DNA of 59,581 bases, filler included, from Squatina squatina (lineage: Eukaryota): the NCBI GenBank assembly GCA_031763465.1. It is 3 parts of 2 records of this genome, joined end to end, with 100 filler letters (N's around TTAATTAATTAA, not from the genome) between each part and the next. Parts side by side here need not be neighbours in the genome. Positions count along the whole stretch, not along the records: positions 30,883 to 45,395 come from JARFOE010000176.1; positions 45,496 to 59,581 come from JARFOE010000005.1; 1 more part is not named here. One strand, 5' to 3'. Positions 37,681 to 50,924 of the stretch are shown piece after piece. The position numbers were made by a program, and so were the translations under genes. Below the pieces are notes generated by a model, which did no database searches, was not told the DNA's origin, and saw nothing but the letters and a program-made list of their open reading frames with translations. The stretch's first letter is position 1, and the number at the start of each line of letters is the position of its first letter.

Positions 37681-39882
37681 GTTATATCTACTTCTGTCTC
37701 AGGATAGCCTCTCTCAATTGCTTTGCTTCTTCCCTTCAGTATAAGGGTCTCAGTGTTGTGCACACACAGCCTCTAAGTCTCAACTGTAACAGTGTTTTCT
37801 AAAGGTACTAGGGCTGGGTTGCTTAGCATTTTGTGTTCCAGGTTCTGATGATGTGCATTCACAGTAACCTGTGCTCCAGTAGAAGCCTTTGGCTTCTGAG
37901 GGCTGCTATAATGGTGGAGTGTCTTTAATTGTAACTGTGTCAAGTCTGAAAACATGGTCTGTTTAAGAAGCTATTAGGTCACTGGCTGTAGTGAGCTCTT
38001 CATTAAGGAACTGTTCAAATACAATTAGCCTTAACTGTGTTCATCAGTTCTTATCAATGTCAGTCATGTCAATGAGGGGACGTATTATATGTGTGTGTGT
38101 GACCCCCCTCACTGACCGTGAATTTTAATTGCTGGACCTTTACTGGTGGGTTGCAATGTAATGCCCCAGTATGCATTGTATTAAAGCCAGATGGAGCATT
38201 CTGAGGAGTTACAGCATGATCACTGCTTGAATTCACACCTATAGAATTGGCATTAGGGTGAAGCACAAGAGACTACTGGTGTCTCCCAGCAAAGGGTCAG
38301 TCAGCACCTTTGAGAGAGGAGGAAACTGGTGGTGGGGGGTCGGAGTGGATGAGCCAAATGTCTAGATTAGTGGAGAGGCAAGATGTACAATGAGTATCTA
38401 CAGATCCCTGCTATGGTGGGGTGCAAATCAGCCAGAGAAGCCGCACAGCACTGGCAGCTCTCAGCGAGATGACTTCGACCCGAGCTTTCTGCTTTGCAGG
38501 GTGCAGGAGTGATGTGGAGCAGTGTTGATTGGGCCAGGAAATAGCACGAGAGACATGATGGAAGGGAGCTGGAGGATACCCTCACACCAAGAGTCACGAG
38601 GTTGTGATCCTTTGAAGAAATCCCTCAGCCACGCATCTGGGCTTCCCAGTGCTTTCATTACAAGATTAACTGATCTACTTTTGTACGTGGACAGAAGTTG
38701 CAGATCCGGATTTCTGTGGTCGTTAATCTGTTCACTGGGTCCTGGATCCTCCTTGAACGTTCTGCTCGATGGGTCAGCAATTGATCCTTGTTTGAAATTC
38801 CAGCGAGATATTTATTTTTTGTTGCTTAGGACAGTGTTGACAACTTGGTTTTGTTCTGTTTTGAGATGTATTTTTTCTTGTAACACTCTGTACCTCCTTT
38901 ATTTCTTTTTCTTCCACTTTTCCCCCTCATCTCGCACTTACTGCGATGCAGTTCCACAGGAGCCACTCATCCTCTGATCCCTCGTCCAATTATTCATGCG
39001 AGTTCCTTGTAGGCGAGTGCAGCAGGCTCTCTGACCAAGCCCATTGAATTCTCATCTAGCAACCACAGGCAGACTTCCAGTACAGATGCGCTATATAACA
39101 ATCAAGAGCAGGAATCCTGGAGGATTGTTTCCCTCTCCGCCCCCGCCCGCCCTAGCTCCGGGCAGCCAATTACAGCACTGCCAACTTCTCTTTGATATCA
39201 TTTAACTCAGCACAGAACGGGATCAAATCTGGGACCTTCCTACTCTGTATGATTCAGAGACTGTCATGATTACTCCTATCTTCTGTGTGACAAAGCCAAT
39301 TTTCCACTTTGCTATTTTTAGATTAAACTCCACTCGCATTATTAAGTTCTCCTATTACATTTAATCACATTTAATGGTATAACAATCATTTCTGGTATAA
39401 CCTTGCTACACGTTGCTTTATGTGGCAAATAAATAGCTTGAAAAAAGAATTAATAGAATGGAGAATAGATGCCGGCTGACCAGCTGTTTGGGTAGTGATC
39501 TCCAATAAAACTATCTGCTAACCGGTAAAGTCGCTCAAGTTATTGAATAAATTAATAGTTCCAGGTAACTTGGCGTAACANNNNNNNNNNNNNNNNNNNN
39601 NNNNNNNNNNNNNNNNNNNNNNNNNNNNNNNNNNNNNNNNNNNNNNNNNNNNNNNNNNNNNNNNNNNNNNNNNNNNNNNNNNNNNNNNNNNNNNNNNNNN
39701 NNNNNNNNNNNNNNNNNNNNNNNNNNNNNNNNNNNNNNNNNNNNNNNNNNNNNNNNNNNNNNNNNNNNNNNNNNNNNNNNNNNNNNNNNNNNNNNNNNNN
39801 NNNNNNNNNNNNNNNNNNNNNNNNNNNNNNNNNNNNNNNNNNNNNNNNNNNNNNNNNNNNNNNNNNNNNNNNNNNNNNNNNN

Positions 39883-40318
39883 CGGTAAATTTCGAGATGT
39901 TGCTCATATCTCCAGTGGCTCCCTGAAAGGAGCCATTAGCGTAGAGGTTGAGGGCTATTCCACTACAGAGAGAGCTGTCCTGACTCTAGTTTGTGGCTGG
40001 AGATCTGGAGCGAGCAAATGGCAGAGCTCCGTTGTGATGTCCCGGAAGAATCGTAGTCTTCTCACACAAAGCTCCTCAGATAAGTTGAGGTAACTGAACT
40101 GCTCTTGTGAGACCCTGCGTGGGCAAGGCCTCCTGTGAATGTTGCCACGGGCCCCTCCTCTACCTTCCCTCTGTTGCTGGTCTGGTGCTGGTGGGTCAGC
40201 TTGTGGGCGGGGCTGCCTGCCCCTTGCTCTGTTTTCTGGCCTCTGCCTGTGCCCATCTGCTGGCACCTCTGCAGGCTGTGGCTGTTGGATTGATGGCGCT
40301 GGGGCTGCCTCAACTGGC
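39883..40318 (-). mobile_element. PIF/Harbinger transposase N-terminal relic, frameshifted
   Basis: RRVSQEQFSYLNLSEELCVRRLRF...TELCHLLAPDLQPQTRVRTALSV, then ALNLYANGSFQGATGDMSNISKF in another frame; HARBI1-like motifs. Confidence 0.85.
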
Positions 40319-41260
40319 CGCCTGCTGAAGCCTTTCCCGCGCGCGCCTCACGCCCTCTTGCTCTACGATGTCAGCAGTCTCTCGGAGTCCTGCCGTGTCA
40401 CTCAGAAGAACGGGGTACCCTCCGATGTTCAGGGCCGTCTCCACAACATCCCGCGTTGTCCCGGCTATCGGCGACACGATGGCGGCGGGCTTCTGACAAA
40501 TTGCATTCAAAAGGCTGCTTTTGCCAGCATTTGTCGCCCCAACAATCGCAATGTGGACTCCGCCCCTCAGCCTTTCACCTCGGCGACTGTCACATAAGTG
40601 GCTGTCGATTTCCCCTTGCAACGCATGCACGTCACTGTCCACTTTACCAAGTACTCCCTCCTCAATGTTGTCATCTTCACTGAAATCAATGTATGCTTCT
40701 ACATGGGCCAGACATCGAGTTAGCCTCTCACTCCAGCCACGATACAGTTGTCCCAGGTCGCCAGCCATCTGTCGTAAGGCCTGCCTTCTCTGGGCTTCTG
40801 TCTCAGCATGAATGAGGTCTCCCAGACCCTCGACCTCCGTCAGGTCCAGCTTCCCATTCTGAAAAGCACGTTTTGTGAACTCCCCTGCTTCAGCTGGCCG
40901 TAGCCCCGCTAAGTAACCCAGGGCTTGGAGAACTCCACTGACCACCGCTGATCCACCATGGACATGAAACTCGCAGCAATCCTCTCCGGTGAAACTGCGT
41001 GGGCCTGGGAACCACAGCACGAGCGCCACATCCAGGCGCTCCCCAGACCTGGGGTCCAGCAATGGCCGGAGGATCGCGGCCCTGGCCGGGGGTAGAGGGC
41101 TCCGGCCAGTCAGGCAGCTCAGCGTGTCGCTGCTGGCGGGACCACTCACTCGGATGACTGCAACCCCACACCTGCCGTGACCCGAGCTCAACGCAAAAAT
41201 GGTGCTTCTCTCTCGGGAGTCTGAGCACTGCATCCTCACGAAGTTGACCCGAAAATGATG
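40310..41260 (-). CDS. GTPBP3: Mitochondrial tRNA modification GTPase GTPBP3/MnmE, one large exon, C-terminally truncated
   Basis: [32 protein letters not shown]1 [14 protein letters not shown] and G3 DTAG; acceptor ttttcctcaaacag at 41261; homology stops at ARERLQQA. Confidence 0.9.
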   Translation of the reverse strand, partial: HHFRVNFVRMQCSDSRERSTIFALSSGHGRCGVAVIRVSGPASSDTLSCLTGRSPLPPARAAILRPLLDPRSGERLDVALVLWFPGPRSFTGEDCCEFHVHGGSAVVSGVLQALGYLAGLRPAEAGEFTKRAFQNGKLDLTEVEGLGDLIHAETEAQRRQALRQMAGDLGQLYRGWSERLTRCLAHVEAYIDFSEDDNIEEGVLGKVDSDVHALQGEIDSHLCDSRRGERLRGGVHIAIVGATNAGKSSLLNAICQKPAAIVSPIAGTTRDVVETALNIGGYPVLLSDTAGLRETADIVEQEGVRRARERLQQAAS

Positions 41261-41435
41261 CTGTTTGAGGAAAATTAAAAGTCTATTACTTCATTTAAAC
41301 ACTTGAACGGAAGAGATACGCTGTATGTAATAGAGNNNNNNNNNNNNNNNNNNNNNNNNNNNNNNNNNNNNNNNNNNNNNNNNNNNNNNNNNNNNNNNNN
41401 NNNNNNNNNNNNNNNNNNNNNNNNNNNNNNNNNNN

Positions 41436-41660
41436 CCGGTCATGGACAGTCAACATATCTCCAGTCCCAGTCATGGACAGTCAACACACCTCCAGTCCCA
41501 GTCACGGGCAGTCAATATATCTCCAGACCCAGTCATGGAGAGTCAACACACCTCCAGTCCCAGTTATGGAGAGTCAACACACCTCCAGTCCCGGTCATGG
41601 ACAGTCAACACACCTCCAGTACCGGTCATAAGCAGGCAACATATCTCCAGTCCCAGTTAT
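41436..41660. repeat. About 7 x 31-bp minisatellite (ccagtcatggacagtcaacacacctccagtc)
   Basis: Seven units counted, abutting a gap. Confidence 0.9.
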
Positions 41661-44600
41661 ACTGATAACTAAGCCTCTGATAACCACTTGATGCGTCAGT
41701 CCCCCCAGGTCGTTCAATATATTATAGTACAAGGAGTTTGTTCAGAGCCAGCTGTCAGGTTATTTTATTTCATTATTCGGGTTAGTTTTACTGCTGTGCA
41801 CATGGGGCATTAAATGTAATAAGCATGTCTTATTTTATTTTCTATAAATGCTTTGGATCGAAAGCAGCCCGAGAGCTAACAGCTATTTAAAATAACTCAC
41901 ACTTATCCATCCAGAGCAACTTACCTCAGTGTGCTTGAGTGCAACTGAAGGCAGTCGCTGGACCTCGAGTGGCTTTTTCAGCTCGGTACACCGCGCTGCT
42001 TGGTACGAATGCCCACAATCTGTGGCACAGCTGGTGCCAATCCCTGCCAGTCCAGTTAGTTTCCTTGCTAAATGATTCCTCCTGTGCAAAGGAACTAAAG
42101 GTTACATTCAATCTAGCACAGGATCATAAAGCGCAAACTGAACCTCCGGGTGGCTGTTAACAATCCATCAGCCCTGTAACTCCAGTAATATTTCTACTGT
42201 TGGGATAGTGAGAGTTGCTGTAATGAAACCAAATCTATACANNNNNNNNNNNNNNNNNNNNNNNNNNNNNNNNNNNNNNNNNNNNNNNNNNNNNNNNNNN
42301 NNNNNNNNNNNNNNNNNNNNNNNNNNNNNNNNNNNNNNNNNCACATTTTGTGTGTTGCTGTACTTTTGTTTGCAGATGTTAAACAATTGGAGACAGCTGA
42401 ATTTCTCAACCATAAAAACAACAGACCAATATCCATTTTAAACATATGTTACATTTCATACTTCATGTATAAATCACAATCTTCAAAAATACTTTTCTGT
42501 AGAAATCCATTTGAAACGACTTTTCTCATGAAAAGCTTTTAAGTGTAAAAATTAAAAAATAGTATTCCATCTACTAGTTCAATGCATTCAATCATTCATC
42601 TAATATGAATAAGCGTTTTGTTTTAGTACACATACATTTAAAAGACAGCAAAAAGGTACAAGTTTGTCAAAGATACAATTTGTCATACAAAGTTAGCTTA
42701 TTTACATCAATTCATCAGCTCCGTGAGGCACGAACCATTGGTTCTGTAGATTCACTGTAGTTGAGTGTGTGTTACACACACAAGTTATTGTTACATGATT
42801 GTCTGTATGAAATACATCCTCCTTCAACACTCGGACATCTCCATTTCTAGCTTGCTGTGAGAAGAGGCAAGGAGTGGATTAAAGGAAGTCCAGAGGCTTT
42901 TTTGGTGTATTTTGCACTCAAGAAGGGACGTTAGTGCTAAAGGATGGATGGAACATTTGGGCATCAGTGCGAACAAACACACTGCAGGTTAGGTATGACA
43001 TGGGTTGTACACAAAGTGGATAAGAGCTCCACCCTGTGACNNNNNNNNNNGAAGACACATATTAAACTAGACAAGATTGAAGGGAGTGGTCAAGAAAATT
43101 ATTATTTCTATTATATGCGTTCTGTATTTACCTTCACGTTGAGTCTTCACAGTTTTGTGGTCTAATCTTGAAGAAATATTGAGAGAGAATGCACTATTGT
43201 AAAGTCAAAACAGCATCGACTCCTTTGATCATGTTGAATGTTTCTTAAGGTTGTTCAGATCGAAGAGCTGAGAGTGTTCGGCTGATGGATTTAAAGTGCA
43301 ACATTCTATAGAGGGCAAAAAACATGTGTGCCAGAATAGTATCAGAGGAATGGACAATGAAACTGGTCCTTAAATGGACTTCATATAGGCATTTATTAGA
43401 AATTACCTGGGCTCGATCATATTTTTAAAAACAGTGTACAAGGCTGGTTTGGTACGATATTATCCACCATCCAACAGACTGTGAGATTCTCACATAAATT
43501 CTGTTGAGAAAATTGCTGTAAACAGGGTCAATTGCTAGATCTAGGCTTTGGTAATGTTTGCAAGGACTGAAAGTGAAAGGTGCAGATTCAGATCTTACGG
43601 TTCACTTACAGAAAATGTCATGAGGCCTAAAAAACTGATTAAAATGCCCAATTTGTAACATCGAACAACACTCGCTTTTGACTGCTAACACAGGCCATTA
43701 ATCTTACTTCAGGAGCAATCTGTATTCAACTAGGGTCATTTTTTTGTTTTCCCTGCAGTGGGATGGCCAATTTAGTTCCATTTAGATTGTGCATTGGCCA
43801 TTTGGCTCACCCAAACTTTACAAGTTCTGGCTGAGTTGGCTCCAATGCACCAGTATTTGTGCATTAATGGAGTGGTTTGGAGGGGCGGGGGTGAATGTGG
43901 AAGAGGGGGAGGATGAAAGGGAACTTAAATTCATGAGATATAATAAGATAAAAATGGAAATGTCCATCAGTGCTACAATTCCACTCATATTCTAACTCCT
44001 GCACAATTTTATTAAAATCTGTTTATAAAGCTTAATAAGCAGAAATTTCACAGGTGCCTTTGAGACCATAACATCTGTAGATGTCAACTTACAAACTGAA
44101 ACAGGATTATATTGAATGGAATTGGAAAATTACCTTCCTTTTTCATAGCATTCAACAGTTTCCTTCACAAGTTGTTTTTGAGCAGGTTTGTTTGGGAGCT
44201 AAGTCCCAATTGGTGAAGGCCTACCTTTTTCATTCAGTTATTTACAGGTTATGTCCTTTGACCTAGCTGTGACATCACAAGTAATTCAAGAACAAGTGGC
44301 TAAAACATAGCTGTCTNNNNNNNNNNNNNNNNNNNNNNNNNNNNNNNNNNNNNNNNNNNNNNNNNNNNNNNNNNNNNNNNNNNNNNNNNNNNNNNNNNNN
44401 NNNNNNNNNNNNNNNNNNNNNNNNNNNNNNNNNNNNNNNNNNNNNNNNNNNNNNNNNNNNNNNNNNNNNNNNNNNNNNNNNNNNNNNNNNNNNNNNNNNN
44501 NNNNATCTTAAAAATAAAAGCACAGACTCTAAATATCTTCTGCGGTGGTAGAACAAGCCTACAAAACCATTTCTACCTCAAATCTCTCAGACACTAGCAA

Positions 44601-45395
44601 ACAATCTAAGTACCTGTAAATTTTACAGATTGAAGATTTTTCTATGTGTTTCATAAGTACAGTGAAATGTTACAACCCCAAAAGATTTCCTTCTCAAAAG
44701 TGGGATTTTTTTCGATTTAACACTGTTTCTTCATCTTAGTATAAAGTACAACTTTTTGAAGAAAAAGTTAGAATTATTACAAACGGAAAAGAAATTAGTT
44801 CAGATCCAGAAATTGGCAAAACTTAAGTTCAAAAAGTACAGCTTCCAATGGGAGTGAAGAAGGGTGAAGCAGTGAAGGGTGGAGGATGTACAAGTTGAAT
44901 CAATTCCACCCAAGACCTCACTTGAGGGAACGGTACCCTGGAAAGTGGTGGTGGGGGAGAAAACACATTTAGGTTTCTACACTTCTGCGGACCGTGGCAT
45001 CCCCCAAACCCCTGACCCTGCCAACCATCTGAAAGTTTGGCGCGTTTGATGGACCAAGTGGCAAAAGCAACATTTCCTGCGGCAACTGGCAATTGTACCC
45101 CTCTGCTGACCGGAGATCGAAGTGACAACATCAGCAGTTGGGGGAGGATACCCTAACCCATCCCTTAACCAGCCTCTTAATTTTAGTACAGACAAAAGAT
45201 TCTTTCTGCAGGGTGAGTAACCAAACTGAGGAAAATTGTCCCTAGAAAAGGTCTGGGGCAGTAATTACTTCCAGAGTACAGACCATGCGGATTGCCCACA
45301 TCTATTCTAATTGTAGCAGTGAATAAGTCTTGCCGTTAAACTCCGTCATTTATCACTTCTCTTAAGCTGGTGAATTCATTCTAATAATTATGGGA

Positions 45396-45495
45396 NNNNN
45401 NNNNNNNNNNNNNNNNNNNNNNNNNNNNNNNNNNNNNNNTTAATTAATTAANNNNNNNNNNNNNNNNNNNNNNNNNNNNNNNNNNNNNNNNNNNN
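45396..45495. other. Artificial scaffold linker N44-TTAATTAATTAA-N44
   Basis: Same 100-nt structure as 30783-30882; 12-mer at 45440-45451. Confidence 0.95.
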
Positions 45496-45722
45496 GCCGC
45501 TCTTGCTGCTCTCGGGCCTCTGCTGCTCCTTATACCCACGCAGCTCTCACTGCTCTTGGGCCTCTGCTGCTCCTTATACCCGCGGTGCTCTCGGGCCTCT
45601 GCTGCTCCTTATAACCATGCTGCTCTCACTGCTCTCGGGCCTCTGCTGCTCCTGATACCCATGCCACTGTTGCTACTCTCAGGCCTCTGCTGCTCCTTAT
45701 ACCCGCTCCGCTCTCGCTGCTC
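45496..45722. repeat. Tandem repeat, about 35-45-bp unit (gctctcgggcctctgctgctccttataccc...)
   Basis: Five copies of the core ggcctctgctgctcct. Confidence 0.85.
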
Positions 45723-47430
45723 TCTTTGACTTTTTAAAAATAATTCCCTTTATATCTGCTTTTTTCAGCAATCTGCAGACTTTGAAACCTACCCCTCAAG
45801 GTTGGTTTCACCTAATCATTGCTACTTGATTTCCCATGGCTTCTTCTCAGCTTTTTTCAACCTAGGTGCCCTGCACTGTTAGCCTTTACCCTTCATCTAG
45901 GTTTCACAAAAATATCTGATTTGCGAGTTGACTTTCTCTACAGGTCATTGGGCACCCTCTTCAAGATCCAGACATGCACGCTTCCGAGCAGAGGGACTTT
46001 CTCTTCCCTTTCATTTGCCTGATGATACTAAGGCCAATTCTGCCCCAGCCAAAATCCCCAAAAGTCCAACAATTTAGCCTGCCAGTTACTTTCTTTGTAT
46101 ATTTGTCACAACACACACTGCTTTACCTACTCTGTCACGTGTGGTACATTTTTGCAAACTTCGATTTAAAAGCTAAACGTTTTTTTTCGATCCTGAAAAT
46201 TTTTTACAGCAGTTTTAAATCAAATTGCTATCAATTTCATCCCAGAGAGGCAGTGCGAGTGACTATAATAAGTATACGTTCTGCAAATTACACGTGTTGC
46301 AACCCAATCGTTTTGTCGAGAAACAAGCTGCACAAACTTGTCATACAAGTTACAGTGCCCATACCTTGCATCCTAGTGCATTATGCTGCAGTAACGGGGG
46401 TGCAGACTAGATTAGACAGTCATTGATGTAATTAATGTCTTATTGTGAAACATAGCCCTCGAGTCTGCTACAAGATATATGCACTGATAACTTTACACGT
46501 GAGAGCCTGTTAATAGTACACAGGGTGAACAAGTAGTATAGAAAGCAAGTGCATTCACTGCAGCTACCTTTACTGTTGCACTTTCTGGAATATCTGGATA
46601 GGGAAAGCACAATTTGAAGACAGCTGCTCTCTATTATGCTGTGTTTTGGGTCGAGTTCAGTTTGTACTTACCCAAGCATTTAACAGGAATCACCATATGG
46701 GTGTGACCTCGACACTGTTTCTTTCCCTTTTTACACCAGTTCTCAACGCTGATTGGCTTATTCGCTTCCACCACGTTAGTAATTTGAAGTTCTGGATAAA
46801 CCTAACAAAAAATAAATTAATGTGGAATTTACATCAGAGACATTTATATCTGCAACTCTTAAAATATATGACAAATGCAGTTTAATCAGAAGCAGCTCGT
46901 CAAGTGAGGCAAGAGAGGCAGTGCCACACCGAGACGCCCAGTGCAGGAATTGTGGTCTGTCTCTGACCTGGAGCAGCCGATGCTCCCGACTTCTGACGGC
47001 CAGGTAGCTCCCGGTGCAATATAGTGAACTCCAGTTCTGACGAAAGGTCATTGACCTGAAACGTTAACTCTGTTTCTCGCTCCACAGATGTTGTCTGACC
47101 TGCTGAGTATTTCAACATTTTCTGGTCTGCATTGAGATTTCCAGCATCCACAGTATTTTACTTTTGTTTATATTGATTCAGCTACCAAGGGAGCAAATCG
47201 TATAAACGGGTTCCACAGACAACTCTGTTTCTGAAGAGACGACTGAATGATCACTTGGGAATCACTGAGAAGGAGTTCAGATTAACTAACCAGGGTAAGT
47301 AGGCTTGTTGGGCTCAGTGGCCTCACCCAGTTTGTGAAACTCCTAGATTCTCTCCTGAAAAAGGAATATTTGCCTCACAGAATTCCAGACAGTCCATTAA
47401 TACTGGAGCACAAACCTTTCATAGACTCAC

Positions 47431-47604
47431 CTCTCGACAATACTGCAGAATCTCTTCCTTGGTTCCTAAGCAGCTTTTGGTTCCTGAAGGATCAGGTTCC
47501 CACTTTCCAGTCTGAATATTGACATGCATATTCAGCTTTCCACAGAACATTGAGATCTGTGGCTCTGCCACTGCAAATCCAGCTCCAGTATTGGCCGCTA
47601 ATGC
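47431..47604 (-). CDS. APLP2: Amyloid precursor-like protein 2 exon (growth-factor-like domain start)
   Basis: 174-nt exon, ctgttgcag / gtgagt; [45 protein letters not shown]; divergent from PRDM10 as in human. Confidence 0.93.
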
Positions 47605-48626
47605 CTGCAACAGAAGCAGATTAAAAAAAAACAATTTCACCAGCGATTCTTAACTCCTCAGGAACTCCTCTTCCTTTTCCAACCTAATTCAGCAGGTATT
47701 TGAAATTGTTTCTTAAAGAACAGAAGATGGACCACAACAGTCGAATATATACACCAGGCTTTCAGGTATCACCACCACCACCACATTCCATTCTGCACTA
47801 AGGTTTTAGAACTCAATGTTACCACCAAACATCAATTCCGAGATACTTACCCCATGGTACTCCACACAATGGAATTGCCATTCCCCTCACTCCAATTCTG
47901 CCTTTCATCCGATCTCTTGCCAAAATGTCACCTCATGACACAGTCCACTAACACCAATTTCTTCCTGTCCGACATAAATGGACCTCTCAGCCAAGAAGGA
48001 TTAAGTTCAGTCCCTGATATTTGTTTTGTATTTGTCTTCATTCTTGTGGCTGAGGTATTGTTACACCATTAAGTGTAAAGCCTAAATTTAGGATTGTTAA
48101 TTGTCTGTCTACATCCATTACCTACTTGGGGAGGAGGTGGGGTGCAGCAGTTAACCACAGTGTGGTGGATACTGGAGGTCCCATTTTATCTGCGATCAAT
48201 ACTTGAGTTTTAAACTAACATCCAACAAAACCATACAATGTGATTCAGTGGTTAGANNNNNNNNNNNNNNNNNNNNNNNNNNNNNNNNNNNNNNNNNNNN
48301 NNNNNNNNNNNNNNNNNNNNNNNNNNNNNNNNNNNNNNNNNNNNNNNNNNNNNNNNATCATAATGAGAATGAAGTCAGCAGACGATGGACGTTTGAGGAA
48401 GGAGTAAGTATTTTTAACAATTTTAATAAACAAAAGTAAATTCAATGTAAAAATTCTAAAAATATGAAGTATGCTATGTGTGTTTAAGCTTTATAATTGC
48501 ATAGAACAGCCATGAACTTGAAAAATATATACATGATTTTGTTTCCCTGGAGATTTAAAAGATCAGTCATGGAAGTAACACACTTTGCACTTAGTGTTTA
48601 CAGACTTCTTGAGTTTGTGGTTAGGA

Positions 48627-49301
48627 TCATAGAATCTTGCAGCACAGAAGGAGGCATTCAGCCCATCAGGTCTGTGCCGGCTCTTTGAAAGAACTCTCCA
48701 TTTTAGTGCCACACCCCAGCTTTTTCCCTCTTAACCTTGCAAATTAGTCCTCTTCGTATATATGTCCAATTGCCATTTGAAAGTTCTTGTGGAATCTGCT
48801 TCCCCTACCCTTTTTTAGGTAGTGCATTCCAGATCTTAACAACCCTCTGAAAAAAGTTTCTCCTCATTTCCCCTCTAGTTCTTACGCCAATTATTTTATA
48901 TCTATGAACTCTGGTTACTGACCCACTTGCCAGAGGAAACTGTTCCTCCCTATTTGCTCTAACAAACCCCCTCATAATTTTGTCTATTGGGTCTCTCCTT
49001 AACTTTCTCTGTTCTAATGAGCACAATCCCAGCTTCTACAATCTCTCCACATAACTGAAGTCCCTCATCCCTGGTATCATCCTGGTAAGTCTCCTCTGTA
49101 CCCTCTTCAAGGCCTTACAAACTTCCTAAAGTGTGGTGCCTGGAATTGTACCCAATACTTCAGTTGAGGTCTAACCAAGTGATTTGTAAAGGTTCAGCAT
49201 GACTTCCTTGTTTTTGTATTCCGTGCCCTTTTTTACAAAGCCAAATATCCCATATGCTTTCTTAACAGCATTCTCAATTTACCACTCCACCTTCAAAGGT
49301 T
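48627..49301 (-). mobile_element. CR1 LINE 3' fragment
   Basis: SLEQRKLRRD...TRGEMRRNFFQRVVKIWNALP and the CR1 3' tail. Confidence 0.88.
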
Positions 49302-49401
49302 NNNNNNNNNNNNNNNNNNNNNNNNNNNNNNNNNNNNNNNNNNNNNNNNNNNNNNNNNNNNNNNNNNNNNNNNNNNNNNNNNNNNNNNNNNNNNNNNNNN
49401 N

Positions 49402-49483
49402 GAGGAAGAGGATGATGCAGACTCATCTGATATTGATGATTGGGAGCCAGGTCCTCCGAGGCCCTTTAATCCATGTCATTTAT
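49402..49483 (+). CDS. PRDM10: PRDM10 exon, partial (EEEDDADSSDIDDWEPGPPRPFNPCHL)
   Basis: Matches recalled DLDDWEPDPPRPFDPHDL; donor gtaagt; phase fits the next exon (T|GG = Trp). Confidence 0.88.
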
Positions 49484-49775
49484 GTAAGTGGGAAGAAGCA
49501 CATTGCTATTGCTGTCCTACTAGTGTAGAGGAAGAAATTCTACCACTTGTCATTTAAAAGCACCAACAATATTTTGGTGTTCTTCGCGGTGACGCAGTTT
49601 TTGTAGTAGGGTGCTAATTATAAGATGACAGGGTCATGAAAGAGGCTGTCGATGGGCTACTGTCAAGGTATTACTGTTGGCAATTTCACTTAAAAAGTAA
49701 ATTCCAACATAAATGGAAGTCCCTGTTATTTTCCTCATTGTGGTAATGTGATCTTGCTGCTGTTCTTTTCTGCAG

Positions 49776-50017
49776 GGTGTGAGGATTGTAATAATGCTCA
49801 TCCAGCTGCATGCCTCAAACATGGCACTCTGCACTGCATTCCCAACCGGCCTGTCCTGAGCAGGGCCAGGGCCAGCCTGCCACTTATTCTATACATCAAC
49901 CGATTTGCTGGTGGAATCTTCTCCAAGAGGCGCATTCCCAAACGCACGCAGTTTGGCCCTGTAGAGGGACCATTAATTAAGCAGTCTGAACTCACGGATG
50001 AATACATTCATTTAAAG
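49776..50017 (+). CDS. PRDM10: PRDM10 zinc-knuckle / PR-domain exon
   Basis: 242-nt exon; [17 protein letters not shown]...RARASLPL...[11 protein letters not shown]. Confidence 0.95.
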
Positions 50018-50924
50018 GTATGCCTCTTGGCCTGATCGAAATGCACATGTTTTATTTTGAAATGACGTACAGGTCTACAAGACTTGAAATTTGCTTTGCA
50101 GAATTGCAGTAAATTACTAAAATCAGTCGTTGTCGATAATTTTCAAATTCATGAAGGTAGGAAAGGTTTTCTTTTTGTATTTCTCTTTTCTGCTTTCATA
50201 TTAATGTTGATGCTCATCACAATGAGGGCTGCTGGTGTTAGAGATTTGAACACTTTCTGACACTGTCTGAAATAGGATTATAAACACTCAGATGAGCTTT
50301 AGTATGTTTTGATTCAGAGTCCATTGCCCCAAAAAGTGCCTCATCATCAACCTCCAACTCTACCAGTGTGATATTTTCCACTTCCCATACTGGCTATCTT
50401 GGTTTTTTTGAGGTGAGATTGTTGAATCAGTGCTGAATTCAGGACAGGTGAGGATCTGTGCCGACTGGGTTGATATTTTCCAAACACTTCACACCTTGCA
50501 GACAGCAGTCAGAGGAGGCTTTCCATCAGTCCGGCCTGGATTTGAGATCCAGACCCCGAAACTGAGAAGGACGTCATTGACCAACTGTCACCCAGTCCCA
50601 AGGACATGTAAAGATGTCTTTGAAATGGTGCCTGTTGGGAAAGTGGGCTAAGATTGCTGTTGACCAATCCTGGAAGAAGGTTTTTGTGGGTGTGTTCAGC
50701 TGCTGCAGAGCACCATATGTCTACATAGCTAAAACAGGTCTGCTGTAAAACAGTGAAAATGACTTCCTGTGTGTAACTGTAGAAGGGAGAGCGGGAAGCC
50801 GGTTGCCTTACAGGACATACACCTGATGTGATGTAAACCTGCTTCTCTTGGGCAGGCCTACGATGTGTTAGGTGACCAACTCATGGATGTAAAATCACGG
50901 TTGCCAGTTTGGGTGTTTGTCGGA

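Noticed and set aside
37121-37802. Long ORFs with ERGA/SLSA-type repeats
   Set aside because: Produced by the gap and the CT microsatellite; only the two ANKRD45 exons are supported
40310-41239. Bacterial mnmE contamination or horizontal transfer
   Set aside because: The peptide reads as metazoan GTPBP3 ([35 protein letters not shown]), has an upstream splice acceptor, and shares a contig with a vertebrate-type transposon relic
42342-45395. Possible 3' UTR or further gene in the distal part of block 2, including the GC-richer 44829-45195 ORFs
   Set aside because: No recognisable peptide or consistent exon signals
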